Source: Pedobacter sp.
Lineage (GTDB): Bacteria > Desulfobacterota > Desulfuromonadia > Desulfuromonadales > Syntrophotaleaceae
Reading direction: 5' to 3'
DNA: 64,000 bases
Assembly: GCA_050253415.1 (NCBI GenBank)
Contig: JBFWJC010000001.1
Coordinates: 96,001-160,000 of the forward strand
A model generated the notes under the pieces. The model had not been told where the DNA came from. It did not search any database and saw nothing but the letters and a program-made list of their open reading frames with translations. Both the position numbers and the translations under genes were made by a program. Below are positions 21,094 through 33,981 of the stretch, piece by piece; positions within the stretch are counted from its first letter, which is position 1; every line of letters begins with the position of its first letter.

Positions 21094-22968
21094 ATGACGG
21101 TGTGGGCAAAAAGTTGGGCAATGCGTTTTTCCCTGACGCTGCTGGTGGCGTTGGCGCTACCGGTCTGGAGCCTGGCTCAGGTCGAGCCCCCCCCTGCTCT
21201 CTTGCAACTGGCTGCCGGTCAGGACCGCTACGAGGTGGGTCCGCACATGGAGATCTTGTTGGATCCCGACAACCGGTGGACCATCGAGGAAGTCTCCTCC
21301 CCCTCGTTTTCCCATGCCTTCTCCCCTGTTCATTCTCCGACTCTCAACCTGGGCCTCACCAAAACTACTGTCTGGCTGCGTTTCGCCATATCCGGGGATC
21401 CACCGGGCGTTTTTCAGGGGCCACGCGCCGTACCCTGGTTGCTCGACCTCGGCTGGCCCTTTTTCTCCAAGGTCGACTCCTACATCCTCCGGCCTTCAGC
21501 AACGGGGGCGTCTGGGAAAATCGTAAAATTCCCCCACAACAAGAGCCACCCGCCTTTCGCAGACGAGATTGCAGAAAAAACCGGATTAATCATCCGCCTG
21601 CCCAGGCTTACGGCCCCGCAACAGGCCATCTACCTGAAGCTGCAGGCCGATAGCGTCTTTTTTCTGCACCCCGTGATCTGTTCGGTCAGGCACTACCTGC
21701 AAGCATCCACCCATCGAATGCTATGGTTCGGTCTTTACTTCGGCATTCTTCTGGCTCTTCTGTTCTACAATCTGTTTCTCTATTTTTGCCTGCGGGATCG
21801 TAGTTACCTCTGGTATGTCGCCTCCATGGGCGCTATCGGGCTGTATTTCCTGGGCACCAATCGACTGACCTATGAATACCTGATCAGTTTTCCGCCAATG
21901 GCGGCACTTCGTCTCAACCTTGGCGTACTTGCCCTCAGCATGGTGGCTCAGCTTCTGTTTGTCCGGAGTTTTCTGCAGGTGCGCCAAAGGGCGCCACGGC
22001 TTGACCGCATCATCAGGGGCGTCATCGTTTTACAGCTGGCGATGATGCTACCAGTCCCTTTCGCGTCTATCGCATTTCTCGATCAGTGCTACACCCTGGC
22101 AGGTTTCAGTTTTCCCTTTGTAATCATAACAACGGCCGTTATTTCCTGGCGCAGAGGTTATCGACCAGCGCGGTTTCTGGTCCTTTCCTGGGGTCTCTAC
22201 GGCTTCTGCGTCCTGACTTACGTTCTGACCTTTCGCGGGATATTGCCCTTCAGCGGACTCACTCTGCACAGTTTTCAGCTAGGCTCGGCGCTGGAAGCCA
22301 TTCTGCTCTCTTGCGCGCTGGCCGACCGGATCAACCTGTTGCGCCGGGAACGGGAAGAGTTAAGTCGCAGCGAACGCCGCCAAAGGGAGCTGGCTATCAC
22401 CGATACCTTGACCGGTCTTTTTAACCTGCGCTATTTCCGGGCCCAAATCGACCTCGAACTGGAACTGGCGGACCGGCTGGATCAGAAGCTGACACTGATG
22501 ATGCTCGACGTGGATAATTTCAAGATGTTCAACGACCGCTGCGGCCATCAAGAAGGGGACAGGGTGCTGGCCGCCCTGGGAATGATCATGACCTCTTGTG
22601 TGCGGGAAAGGGATATCCCCTGCCGTTATGGCGGCGAGGAGTTCGCCATTATCCTGCCAAGTGGCCAGAATTCAACGGCGATTGAGATCTACGAGCGAAT
22701 CAATGCGGAACTGGCGAGCCACCACTTCGGTTCCGGTGAAGAGGACTGCGGCAAAGTGACCTTGAGCATCGGCGTTGCCGAGCATGTGCCCGGAGAACGG
22801 GCCGAAACCCTCGTGCGCAGAGCCGATCAGGCCCTTTATGAGGCCAAAGCCCGGGGCAGAAATCAGATCATTATCGCCAGCAGAGAGCCTGAAATGGCCT
22901 TTTTCTCCTGCATAAACGAACCGGTTTCCGAAGATCGGACCTCCTCCCCTACCTACCCTCAGCTGTAA
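21094..22968 (+). CDS. 7TMR-DISM sensor diguanylate cyclase
   Basis: Signal peptide, DISMED2-like extracellular domain, about 7 TM helices, RERD I-site, RYGGEEF. Confidence 0.88.
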   Translation: MTVWAKSWAMRFSLTLLVALALPVWSLAQVEPPPALLQLAAGQDRYEVGPHMEILLDPDNRWTIEEVSSPSFSHAFSPVHSPTLNLGLTKTTVWLRFAISGDPPGVFQGPRAVPWLLDLGWPFFSKVDSYILRPSATGASGKIVKFPHNKSHPPFADEIAEKTGLIIRLPRLTAPQQAIYLKLQADSVFFLHPVICSVRHYLQASTHRMLWFGLYFGILLALLFYNLFLYFCLRDRSYLWYVASMGAIGLYFLGTNRLTYEYLISFPPMAALRLNLGVLALSMVAQLLFVRSFLQVRQRAPRLDRIIRGVIVLQLAMMLPVPFASIAFLDQCYTLAGFSFPFVIITTAVISWRRGYRPARFLVLSWGLYGFCVLTYVLTFRGILPFSGLTLHSFQLGSALEAILLSCALADRINLLRREREELSRSERRQRELAITDTLTGLFNLRYFRAQIDLELELADRLDQKLTLMMLDVDNFKMFNDRCGHQEGDRVLAALGMIMTSCVRERDIPCRYGGEEFAIILPSGQNSTAIEIYERINAELASHHFGSGEEDCGKVTLSIGVAEHVPGERAETLVRRADQALYEAKARGRNQIIIASREPEMAFFSCINEPVSEDRTSSPTYPQL

Positions 22969-23321
22969 AAAAATTGCGTCAAACAACCGCATTTACAGCT
23001 GGCCCAGGGATAGCCTGCCAGACTCCTCAGCCTGATTCGCCAGGATATCGGAGAGGCTGAAGTCAAAATTGAGAACGAACTGTATTTTTTTTGACGTGCA
23101 TTACAAAATTCAGAATGTTCCTGCATCGCAAATACAAAAAGCCGTCGATCGCAGGATCGAAAGCTTTTGTCATGGACCTAAGATCGAGGACAGCCAACCC
23201 CTTGCATTGGCCAGCCATTTGAATAAATCTCGTAGCGCTTGGAATTTAAGAAGCGCTCGGCGGTGCGGGGTATGGCCGCTTGCTGCAAGAATTTCCAGGA
23301 TGGCAAGAAGTGTCTATCGGC

Positions 23322-23504
23322 TCAAGCCTCTTTTTCACGTAGTAGAGCTATTTTCCGTTCGGCTTCTTCATGGGTTAGCACCACCGACTCGGGCTCAAGG
23401 GTACGCCGCTCGTCCAGGTACAACGAAACTTCGACGACATGGGTGCCATGGTCGTAAAAAGACACAACCACACCATAGTCGATAAACTCAAAAATCTTTT
23501 CCAT
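23322..23504 (-). CDS. Small hypothetical protein (60 aa)
   Basis: ATG with AGGAG RBS, protein-like composition. Confidence 0.55.
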   Translation of the reverse strand: MEKIFEFIDYGVVVSFYDHGTHVVEVSLYLDERRTLEPESVVLTHEEAERKIALLREKEA

Positions 23505-23994
23505 GACATTCTCCTGCCGGATGACGGGCTTGACCCCGCAACTGATAAAACAGATTATTCCATCTGCTTATGCCCCTGGCTCCAGTAAATAGAGAGTTCC
23601 GTGCCAAAGCTGGAAACACATTCTCGCCACTCGCTCGCTGCATTCACCGGAGGCACAAACTCAAAGCGCTTAAATATGGCTCAAAACCAGTCTGGTGTCC
23701 ATCCGGAAACTCAGGACACCTATGATTGCCCAATCCGGCCACCTACGCCGCAATCGAATTTCCCGTCTGCAATCCTATTTTGGTTATGGTGATTTAAAGA
23801 AACAATTTCTTCCATGGCTTAAATTTTTGATAATAGGGTGGGACTGTAAATCCATACCTTTGTTGTCGGGAAGGTCATTTCAAGACGAACTACCTGAGAA
23901 CGTCAAGCGATTCTTGGGGGAGGCTCTACGGAGAGTTGGTGGACCTGGAGGGAATGCTCAAAGAAATTGAATACGGTGATTGCCGAATGAGGCA

Positions 23995-26010
23995 TTAACG
24001 TTTGTTTGGGGGCACAATTTCGTACTTTTCCATCTTCCGATACATCGTTGACCGACCGATGCCGATTTCCTTTGCCGCTTTTAAAATCTGCCATTGGTGT
24101 TGTTTCAAAGCATCCAGAATAACCTTCTTCTCTGCCTGCTCCATCGTACTCCACGAATGCCCTTCGGACGCCACCGATTGGGCCTTTGCAGGTGCAGACG
24201 TTTCAATTTGCCGTTGCAAAGCGGTCAGTTCCGGGCTAGCGACCTCTTCCGGCAAACAGCTCAGGGTGATGCACTCGCCGTTGGACATGGCCAACGCATA
24301 GCGCAAAACGTTGCGTAACTGACGAATATTTCCCGGCCAGTCATAGCGGGTCAGCAGAGCCATGGCCGCCTGTTCGATAAAAATCGCACCGACCTCCGTT
24401 CCTGCCTCAATAGCCAAGGCCGTATGAATAAGCTGAACGAGGTCGGTCCGCTGGCGCAGCGGCGGCAAAACAAAGGAGATGCCCTTGAGGCGATAGAAGA
24501 GGTCTTCCCGGAAACTGCCCTCGGCCACCATATCATGGATATTGCGATGGGTGGCGCAGACCACATTCAAGTCTACGGGAAGTGGATTGCCGCCCCCCAA
24601 GGGGGTGATTTCTTTTTCTGCCAGCACCCGCAACAAGCGGGGCTGCAGGCTGATCGGCATATCGCCAATCTCATCGAGAAACAAAGTGCCACCGTTCGAC
24701 TGCACAATCTTGCCCTGCATACCCTTGCTGAGCGCCCCGGTAAAGGCACCTGCCTTGTAACCAAACAGTTCGCTTTCGATAAGCGATTCCGGAATCGACG
24801 CACAGTTGATCGCGACGAACGGCTTGTTGGCACGCCTGCTGGCATTGTGAATGGCGCGGGCGAACACCTCCTTGCCGGTGCCGGTTTCACCATTAAGCAA
24901 TACAGGGATGTTTTTGTCTACGACCCGCTCGATACGGGTAACCATGTCTCTCAATCTGCGGTCGGCACCGGCCAGATGATCGAGACTCAGAGGCTCGTCA
25001 ACAGTGAGCTTTTTAAATGGTATGGTCTTGGCCGGCTTAAGTTGATGGTCCTGAATCGGTTTGATGCTAATAGCTTGGGGTGACCGCAGAGTAGCGAAAT
25101 AATGGGCACCATTGGTAACAGTCCGAATTGGCCAGACCATGTCTGATTTACCCGCATAGTAGAGCAATTGGTCGAATTTGATGTCGAAAATGTCACCGAT
25201 GTTGCGACCTATCAAAGCATTGTAAATGCTACCGCCAAATTGCTTCCTGGCCGTTTGATCGGCAGCAAGCACGGTCCCGTCGCCACTAAGGGCAAACAGG
25301 CAGTTCCTGGTCACCTCGGCCATTTCCCGATTATTGCAGATACACAACACCCACTGGTCTTCAAATTGGTTAAAAAAGTAGGCTGCCTCGATAAGCCGGG
25401 CGGTCTGTGTGACCAGTTGCAGGGCCAAATACTGGCTGTCCTTGGAATCAGGCGAACGCAGAGCCGAAATATCAACCAAACCCAGCATCTCGCCAAAGGG
25501 GTCGAGAATCGGTGCCGCAGAGCACGTCAGACTGGCGTTGGTGACCCGGAAGTGTTCGCCCTTGTGGATGGTTATTGCTCGCTTTTCGACCAGGCAGGTA
25601 CCGACGGCACAGGTTCCTTCTTCTTCTTCAGCCCAAATCGAGCCAAGGTAAAGACCGGCTTTTTTCCATTCCCGGACCTGTCGATCATCACCGAGCCAAT
25701 CGAGGGTAGTGACGTTGCGATCACACAGCAGGGCACAATAGCCAAGGGCCGAAACCTGGCTGAAAAGATCCCTGACTCCAGGCCGGGCGATACGTATGAA
25801 GTCGTCGACGGCCTCCGCATGCTCTTTGAACTCGCGGTCGGTAAGTATTTTAACCCGGGCGGCGTCAGCGGGATCAATACCGTACTGATGCAGGCTTCGC
25901 TGCCATGAACAGAGTATCGGTGCGTCAACAGAGTCTGTAACGGTGCCGCCGGTCTGGGCGATCGCCGAGTAGACTTTCTCAATATGGTGCTTTTTCTTTA
26001 AGAGGGCCAT
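23995..26010 (-). CDS. acoR: AcoR-like GAF sigma54-dependent Fis-family activator
   Basis: SWQRS/GTCAVGT GAF, GETGTGKE, GAFTGA, FLDEIG, WPGNIRQL, C-terminal HTH; adjacent to acetoin reductase. Confidence 0.8.
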   Translation of the reverse strand: MALLKKKHHIEKVYSAIAQTGGTVTDSVDAPILCSWQRSLHQYGIDPADAARVKILTDREFKEHAEAVDDFIRIARPGVRDLFSQVSALGYCALLCDRNVTTLDWLGDDRQVREWKKAGLYLGSIWAEEEEGTCAVGTCLVEKRAITIHKGEHFRVTNASLTCSAAPILDPFGEMLGLVDISALRSPDSKDSQYLALQLVTQTARLIEAAYFFNQFEDQWVLCICNNREMAEVTRNCLFALSGDGTVLAADQTARKQFGGSIYNALIGRNIGDIFDIKFDQLLYYAGKSDMVWPIRTVTNGAHYFATLRSPQAISIKPIQDHQLKPAKTIPFKKLTVDEPLSLDHLAGADRRLRDMVTRIERVVDKNIPVLLNGETGTGKEVFARAIHNASRRANKPFVAINCASIPESLIESELFGYKAGAFTGALSKGMQGKIVQSNGGTLFLDEIGDMPISLQPRLLRVLAEKEITPLGGGNPLPVDLNVVCATHRNIHDMVAEGSFREDLFYRLKGISFVLPPLRQRTDLVQLIHTALAIEAGTEVGAIFIEQAAMALLTRYDWPGNIRQLRNVLRYALAMSNGECITLSCLPEEVASPELTALQRQIETSAPAKAQSVASEGHSWSTMEQAEKKVILDALKQHQWQILKAAKEIGIGRSTMYRKMEKYEIVPPNKR

Positions 26011-26329
26011 GGCTGCCGAAAAGTATGCGTGAGGGGCAAGCTATGATTAATTCTGATCAGGACTGGTATCTGAGATGAAATATAACGTAAAAAAATCGAT
26101 TTTGGGAAGATGCGACATAAAACACTATTTTATAGCAGGTCAGCCGATCTTAAAACTACCCTGCCATACCCATCAAGTTTTTGAATCCTTCCTCATTGAT
26201 TCTCCATTTTCTGTTCCCTGTTTCCTATAATCTTGCAGTAATGGGTATGACCCCATCGAATTATGCAGAGGCCATTTTACTGCTACTGGAGAGGGGGAAA
26301 CATGTGCCCCCCCACTATGGGCAGTTTGC

Positions 26330-26345
26330 GGGGGGGGGGGGGGGG
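26330..26345. repeat. G16 homopolymer inside an intergenic hairpin
   Basis: 16 consecutive G, pairing partner GTGCCCCCCC about 20 nt to the left. Confidence 0.9.
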
Positions 26346-26389
26346 ACACTCACATCTCCCGAAAGAAGAAAAGGGGAGAGAAAAAATGT

Positions 26390-27199
26390 TTAGTTCAGAA
26401 CAATTCCACCGTCGATCATAACCGACTGACCGGTCATGTAATCGGCGTCTTCGGATGCGAGATAGGAGATATATCCGGCAACCTGCTCCGGCTTTCCGAC
26501 TTCTTTCGCGAGAATGGCACTATCCACATAAGCCTTAAGGGTTTCTCCTTTGGCTGCGCCGGTGTACGCGCCGATCTTCTCATCGATGAGATCCCACATA
26601 TCGGTGCCTACGATGCCCGGGCAGTATCCATTGACCGTGATTTTATATTCGGCCATCTCCTTGGCAAAGGCCTGCGTATATCCCCGAACGGCAAACTTGG
26701 AACAGCTGTAAACAGGCAGGAATGCGAAGCCCGAGTGTCCGGCAATACTGCAGCAATTGATGATTTTACCACCGCTACCCAGATAGCCTTTATTACCTTG
26801 CTTGATCATCTGCTTGGCTGCCGCATTATCCGTGAGAATCACACCCTTGACGTTCACGGCGAGCTGTTTATCGATATCCTCAGGGGTATGATCGACCCCC
26901 AGCTTAACGATACCGATACCGGCGTTTGCCACCATAATGTCGAGTTTTCCAAATTGCTCGACCGTTTTAGCCACCAGCGCTTCAACATCCGCTTCTTTGG
27001 TCACATCGGCCATGAACGCCATACTTTTCCCGCCGGCAGCTTCGATCTCAGCTACAACTTTTTGCGCGTTTTCCATCATGACATCGCTTATCACAACGGC
27101 AGCACCGTCAGACGCCAATCTCATGGCGATGGCCTTTCCGATTCCACGACCCGAGCCTGTTACGATTGCAACTTTTCCCGCCAGTTTCTTGTCTGCCAT
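26390..27199 (-). CDS. budC: Acetoin (diacetyl) reductase / meso-2,3-butanediol dehydrogenase, SDR family
   Basis: TGSGRGIG, VANAGI, YSCSK, YCPGIVGTDMWDLID, DYMTGQSVMIDGG. Confidence 0.85.
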   Translation of the reverse strand: MADKKLAGKVAIVTGSGRGIGKAIAMRLASDGAAVVISDVMMENAQKVVAEIEAAGGKSMAFMADVTKEADVEALVAKTVEQFGKLDIMVANAGIGIVKLGVDHTPEDIDKQLAVNVKGVILTDNAAAKQMIKQGNKGYLGSGGKIINCCSIAGHSGFAFLPVYSCSKFAVRGYTQAFAKEMAEYKITVNGYCPGIVGTDMWDLIDEKIGAYTGAAKGETLKAYVDSAILAKEVGKPEQVAGYISYLASEDADYMTGQSVMIDGGIVLN

Positions 27200-27683
27200 T
27201 TGGTGTATCCTTTCCATGCTGTTGTTTAAAACAATGGGCACCATGCCCCGCAAAAGAAATAACAACCTTACTGGTGACTAATTTATAGTTCTTCCAAACA
27301 AACAGAAACATTGGTTAAATTAATATACTTACGATAATTTTTACTGAAGTATATACAATGTTTAAAAACTACTATTTTACTATATTGTTTCCAATACAAA
27401 CTATAAAAACCACAAAAACCTATGAAGTGTTTTGATGTTTACGTTAAGGAAATGGTATATTGGTTATTGAAATTGTCAATACCGTTGAATTTTATTTCAA
27501 AAAAAATATGTGTTTATTATAAATACTGTAAGAATAAACCAGTCAATGACACGCTTGTCACCGATAAGTGAATCTATCTGTATAAAACAGAAAAGACTGT
27601 GAATCGAAAATAGTAATTAGCACTCCTATACCACCTCAAAAACTAGAAACAAACACCGTTTTGGCAACTCCCACTTCGACATT

Positions 27684-27700
27684 CGCAACCAACATGCCGA
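27684..27700 (-). promoter_or_regulatory. sigma54 -24/-12 promoter
   Basis: Minus strand TCGGCATGTTGGTTGCG (GG-N10-GC) pointing toward budC. Confidence 0.65.
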
Positions 27701-27994
27701 ACAGTAAAAGCATGGCCAACATAATTTGACTTAATCAAAACGAGACTCCATAAATTGCTGTCTTAAAAACGCTTTTCCGATTTTTATTTTTTTTAAAGGC
27801 GCCCCTTTATAAATAAACACCGCCTTGACTGGCTGTCAGACTCTGCCCCAGAGTGGGATTGCTGCCCCAATCCGGGGCATGTGTCTCAAAACCCCCTGAG
27901 ATTTGTTGGCATACCCTCCCCAGACAAGTGTTATGTCGTTTTTTGACCAAGAAAGTTCGAGGGCAGAGGGTTGTTTTTACGCGTGCCTTAAAAG

Positions 27995-28030
27995 TAAAAA
28001 GCCCGTCAAGTTCACTTGACGGGCTTTTTA
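27995..28030. terminator. Rho-independent terminator (A/T tails both sides)
   Basis: TAAAAAGCCCGTCAAG/CTTGACGGGCTTTTTA. Confidence 0.9.
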
Positions 28031-28103
28031 TATCTGGCGGCTAGTAAATTTTAGAAACAGAAAAAGGCCTATCTTGCCATTTTGTAGGCCCCAATCTCCC
28101 CTG

Positions 28104-28384
28104 TTAAATGATTTTACCCAATTTCCTGAGCCAGCCCGCAATATCGCTTTCCGCCCTCTGCACGCTTGCGCGTCGGATCGCAAGTCCTTTCAACACATTG
28201 GCATTGGTGCATAGCCTTCTGATATCCCTCTCACTGTGACCCATCCCGCTCCCTTCGTGGGTACAAAACGGAATAATGGTTTTGCCGGAAAAGTCGTACC
28301 TTTCAAGGAATGTACATACCGCCATCGGCATCGCCCCCCCACCAGTTGGGATAGCCGAGATAAACCACGCTGTAATCGGCCATG
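28104..28384 (-). pseudogene. Flavodoxin remnant (5' truncated, +1 frameshift)
   Basis: MADYSVVYLGYPNWWG in one frame continues as AMPMAVCTFLERYDFSGKTIIPFCTHEGSG in another across a G7 run. Confidence 0.75.
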
Positions 28385-28434
28385 GCTTTTCCGAACCACG
28401 CACGGGTTTTCCAGATGGTTTTCGTGGCTGTAGC

Positions 28435-30677
<2,243 letters not shown>

Positions 30678-30872
30678 GTTTTTTCTCCTGAATGCATCAA
30701 GGATGGGTTTTGATTTGTCCTGATCATACGTAAGACACGAGTGAAACCGGTAGACCGATCCTGCGCGATTCTTGCACGATCGTCCGAAATCACGGAAAAC
30801 AGTTGTCTGGAGAGCCAAAGTTGAGTAGGTTGAAATCAGGGAAAAGCTACTTGACGATGGGGGTTTGTTATA

Positions 30873-31796
30873 ATGAGCGAGCGCAGCGAACGGAATGTCG
30901 CCATGAAGGCGTTAGGCGAAAGCATTGCCCGATTGACCGAGCAAGGGGATTTGCAAACAACGGCCATTCCGGGGTTGTCGCTGTTTCGGCGGACTGAGAC
31001 CACCGAGCCGATTACCGGCATGTACCAGCCGAGCATCTGTCTGGTTGCGCAAGGTGCCAAGCGCGTGAAGCTGGGCGACGAAACCTTCGTCTACGACGCA
31101 CAGCACTACCTTATCACCTCGGTGCATCTGCCGACGGTCGTGCAGATCATCGAAGCCAGTCCGGAAAAGCCCTACCTGGGGCTGCGGTTAACGTTCAACC
31201 TGGGTGAGGTCGCCCAACTGATGGCGGACAGCCAGCTTCCGCCGCCGCGGACCCAGCAGTCGAGCCGCGGCATGGCAATCGGGGAGGTCACTTCTCCGCT
31301 GCTGACCGCCTTCCTGCGGTTAATCGACCTGCTTGACGAGCAGCAGGATATCCCGATCCTCGCCCCGATTATTCAGCGGGAAATCATCTACCGGTTGCTG
31401 GTGGGAGACCAAGGTACACGTCTGCGACAGATCGCATCGGCAGGGAGCCAAAGCCATCAGATCGCCCGGGCCATCGACTGGCTGAAGACCAACTTCACAC
31501 AACCGCTAAGTATCGATGCCCTTGCTGCGCAAGCCAGCATGAGCAGCTCAACGTTCCATCACCACTTCCGGTCGATGACCGCCTTGAGCCCGTTACAGTA
31601 TCAGAAGCAGCTCCGTCTGCAGGAAGCCAGGCGTTTGATGCTGGCCGAACATCTGGATGCCGCAACCGCAGGGTTTCAGGTCGGCTATGAAAGCCCTTCG
31701 CAATTCAGCCGGGAATACAGCCGTTTGTTCGGCGCACCACCTTTGCGTGATATCGCGAGCTTGCGGCAAATGGTTGCCATCAACGATGGCAATTGA
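30873..31796 (+). CDS. AraC-family regulator (YqhC-like)
   Basis: CLVAQGAK N-domain, SPLQYQKQLRL, VGYESPSQFSREY; divergent from the ADH. Confidence 0.9.
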   Translation: MSERSERNVAMKALGESIARLTEQGDLQTTAIPGLSLFRRTETTEPITGMYQPSICLVAQGAKRVKLGDETFVYDAQHYLITSVHLPTVVQIIEASPEKPYLGLRLTFNLGEVAQLMADSQLPPPRTQQSSRGMAIGEVTSPLLTAFLRLIDLLDEQQDIPILAPIIQREIIYRLLVGDQGTRLRQIASAGSQSHQIARAIDWLKTNFTQPLSIDALAAQASMSSSTFHHHFRSMTALSPLQYQKQLRLQEARRLMLAEHLDAATAGFQVGYESPSQFSREYSRLFGAPPLRDIASLRQMVAINDGN

Positions 31797-31966
31797 TTAC
31801 TGCGGAAGCGAAGTGTACGTGTAGACAGGCATCCACCGCCACCCGTTTACAGGCAACCCCGATTAGACAACGCTCTGGGCAATGATAAACTTGGGTGCAA
31901 GTATTTAGAGTGCCTGCCATGCGCAACCGCATGAATGACTCCGGCTGTTTTCGCACAGGAGGAACA

Positions 31967-33376
31967 ATGAAAATCACCTTCCACGGTGCAGCCCGGACCG
32001 TCACCGGATCCCAGCATCTGCTTGAGATTGACGGCAAAACCATCATGCTCGACTGCGGGTTGTTTCAGGGCAAGCGAAAGGAAGCGTTCGAACGCAACCG
32101 CAGTGAATTTTGCCAGGGCAAGGACATCGATTACCTGGTCCTGTCCCATGCCCACATCGATCACTCGGGGCGCATCCCCTGTCTGGTCAAAAATGGCTTT
32201 ACCGGCGACATCTTCTGTACCTCGGCAACCCGCGACCTGTGCGCCGTCATGCTTATGGACAGTGCCTTTATCCAGGAGATGGACGTGGAGTTCGTCAATC
32301 GCCGGCGCAAGCAAAAGGGACAACGCCCCTTCGAGCCCCTCTATACCAAAGCGGACGTGGTCAAGAGCATGGAGCAGTTTGTGGGCCTGAGCTACAATAG
32401 GCGCCATCAGCTGTTTCCCGGCGTGCATCTTACCCTGGTGGATGCCGGGCACATGCTGGGCAGCGCGCACGTCCTGCTCGACATCGTCGATCAGGCGACC
32501 GGCCGGACTCAGCGCCTCGTATTCAGCGGCGATATCGGGAGGCCGGACATCCCCATCATCCGTGATCCCGTCCCGATCAGCGACGGCACCGATATCCTTA
32601 TCATGGAGAGCACCTACGGCAACCGGCTGCATCCGCCCTACCCCGAGTCTGAAAAGGAACTGGAGCGCATCGTCAATGATACCGCCAGCCGGGGCGGTTC
32701 GCTGCTGGTGCCGGCGTTTGCCGTTGGCCGGACCCAACAGATCGTCTATGCCCTGCACAAACTCCACAGCGCCTGGCGCATCCCCGATCTGCCGATCTAT
32801 GTCGACAGCCCGCTGGCCACCCGCACCACCGAGATATTCCGCCTCCATCCCGAGGTTTATGATGCCGAAATCCGGGAGTTTCTGCTGACGGACGATGACA
32901 ATAATCCCTTCGGTTTCGGCCGCCTCCGTTACACCCAGACCGTGGAGCAATCCAAGGCTCTCAACAGCCTCAAAGTTCCCGCGGTTATCATCAGTGCCAG
33001 CGGCATGCTGGAAGGGGGACGGATTCTCCATCACTTGCGCAATCGCATTGGAGACCCGCGCAACACCATCCTCTTGACCAGTTGGCAGGCACCCAATACC
33101 CTGGGCCGCCGACTGGTGGACAAAGAGAAGACCGTCCGCATTTACGGCGAAGAACACCCGGTGAGGGCCAAAGTTGAAATCCTGACCGGCTTCTCCGGAC
33201 ACGCCGACCGGGACGGACTCATGCATTTTGTACGGACCATGGAGAAAAAACCGCGACAGACCTTCATTGTCCATGGCGAAGACGACTCCTCCGAGAGTCT
33301 GGCCAATGCCCTGCGCACCGAACTGGGGCTTGGCCATGTCGTGATCCCAGAGCCGCTGCAATCTTTCAAGGTCTAG
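31967..33376 (+). CDS. MBL-fold beta-CASP ribonuclease-like hydrolase
   Basis: GAARTVTGS, DCGLFQG, SHAHIDHSG, AGHMLGS, MESTYG, FSGHAD. Confidence 0.9.
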   Translation: MKITFHGAARTVTGSQHLLEIDGKTIMLDCGLFQGKRKEAFERNRSEFCQGKDIDYLVLSHAHIDHSGRIPCLVKNGFTGDIFCTSATRDLCAVMLMDSAFIQEMDVEFVNRRRKQKGQRPFEPLYTKADVVKSMEQFVGLSYNRRHQLFPGVHLTLVDAGHMLGSAHVLLDIVDQATGRTQRLVFSGDIGRPDIPIIRDPVPISDGTDILIMESTYGNRLHPPYPESEKELERIVNDTASRGGSLLVPAFAVGRTQQIVYALHKLHSAWRIPDLPIYVDSPLATRTTEIFRLHPEVYDAEIREFLLTDDDNNPFGFGRLRYTQTVEQSKALNSLKVPAVIISASGMLEGGRILHHLRNRIGDPRNTILLTSWQAPNTLGRRLVDKEKTVRIYGEEHPVRAKVEILTGFSGHADRDGLMHFVRTMEKKPRQTFIVHGEDDSSESLANALRTELGLGHVVIPEPLQSFKV

Positions 33377-33618
33377 GAGCCAGTCGGACAATACGGGTCG
33401 AAGCGAAAATCCGGATGTTTTGTGGTATAGTTTACATACCTCAAACGCAAAAGAGGTTCATGAAATCCAAAGGAGGAAGACATATGACTGTCTCTGATCC
33501 GCCGGGTTACTCAGGAGCATACACATCAAACTAAAAGTTGCGAAACCTTGGGTTGCAGAAGTTGGGTAATCCACTCATGGTTCCCACGACGGGAATACGC
33601 ACAGAAAGAATACGATTG

Positions 33619-33650
33619 CAAAACGCCCCGAAGACCTTCGGGGCGTTTTG
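33619..33650. terminator. Rho-independent terminator
   Basis: CAAAACGCCCCGAAG/CTTCGGGGCGTTTTG. Confidence 0.85.
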
Positions 33651-33981
33651 ATGTTACGGGGCTTATTCCACTATAATTTACTTTTCGAATGTAAAGAGTC
33701 CGCTCGGTTCACCCTGCGGGCTTTTCTCATATTTCGGGATTCGCCACGCGGGACACTGGCTTGTTTTCCGCGCGTTCGACCTATCCCTGTGAGGCCCCTT
33801 GGCACCAAGCCGTCACCCTGGCGAAAATCCTTCGGCTTGAGAATCTGGAAACCGACCTTAACACGCAATCAGACCACTGCCCATGATTTGCCTTTGACAT
33901 CACCAGTGCTAACCTTTTGAAAAGCTCAAAGATTTTTCTCTTGGGCCATTGGAGACCCGTACCCGGAATGTGGAGGATGGT

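Noticed and set aside
23136..23170. c-di-GMP riboswitch near the diguanylate cyclase
   Set aside because: Only a simple hairpin (TCGATC-GCAG-GATCGA with A/T flanks), more consistent with a terminator; the GEMM core is missing
31847..33391. 514-aa minus-strand ORF and similar long antisense ORFs (e.g. 1080-2186, 4043-5107, 56599-57621)
   Set aside because: Shadow ORFs opposite well-supported genes in GC-rich DNA, with no motifs
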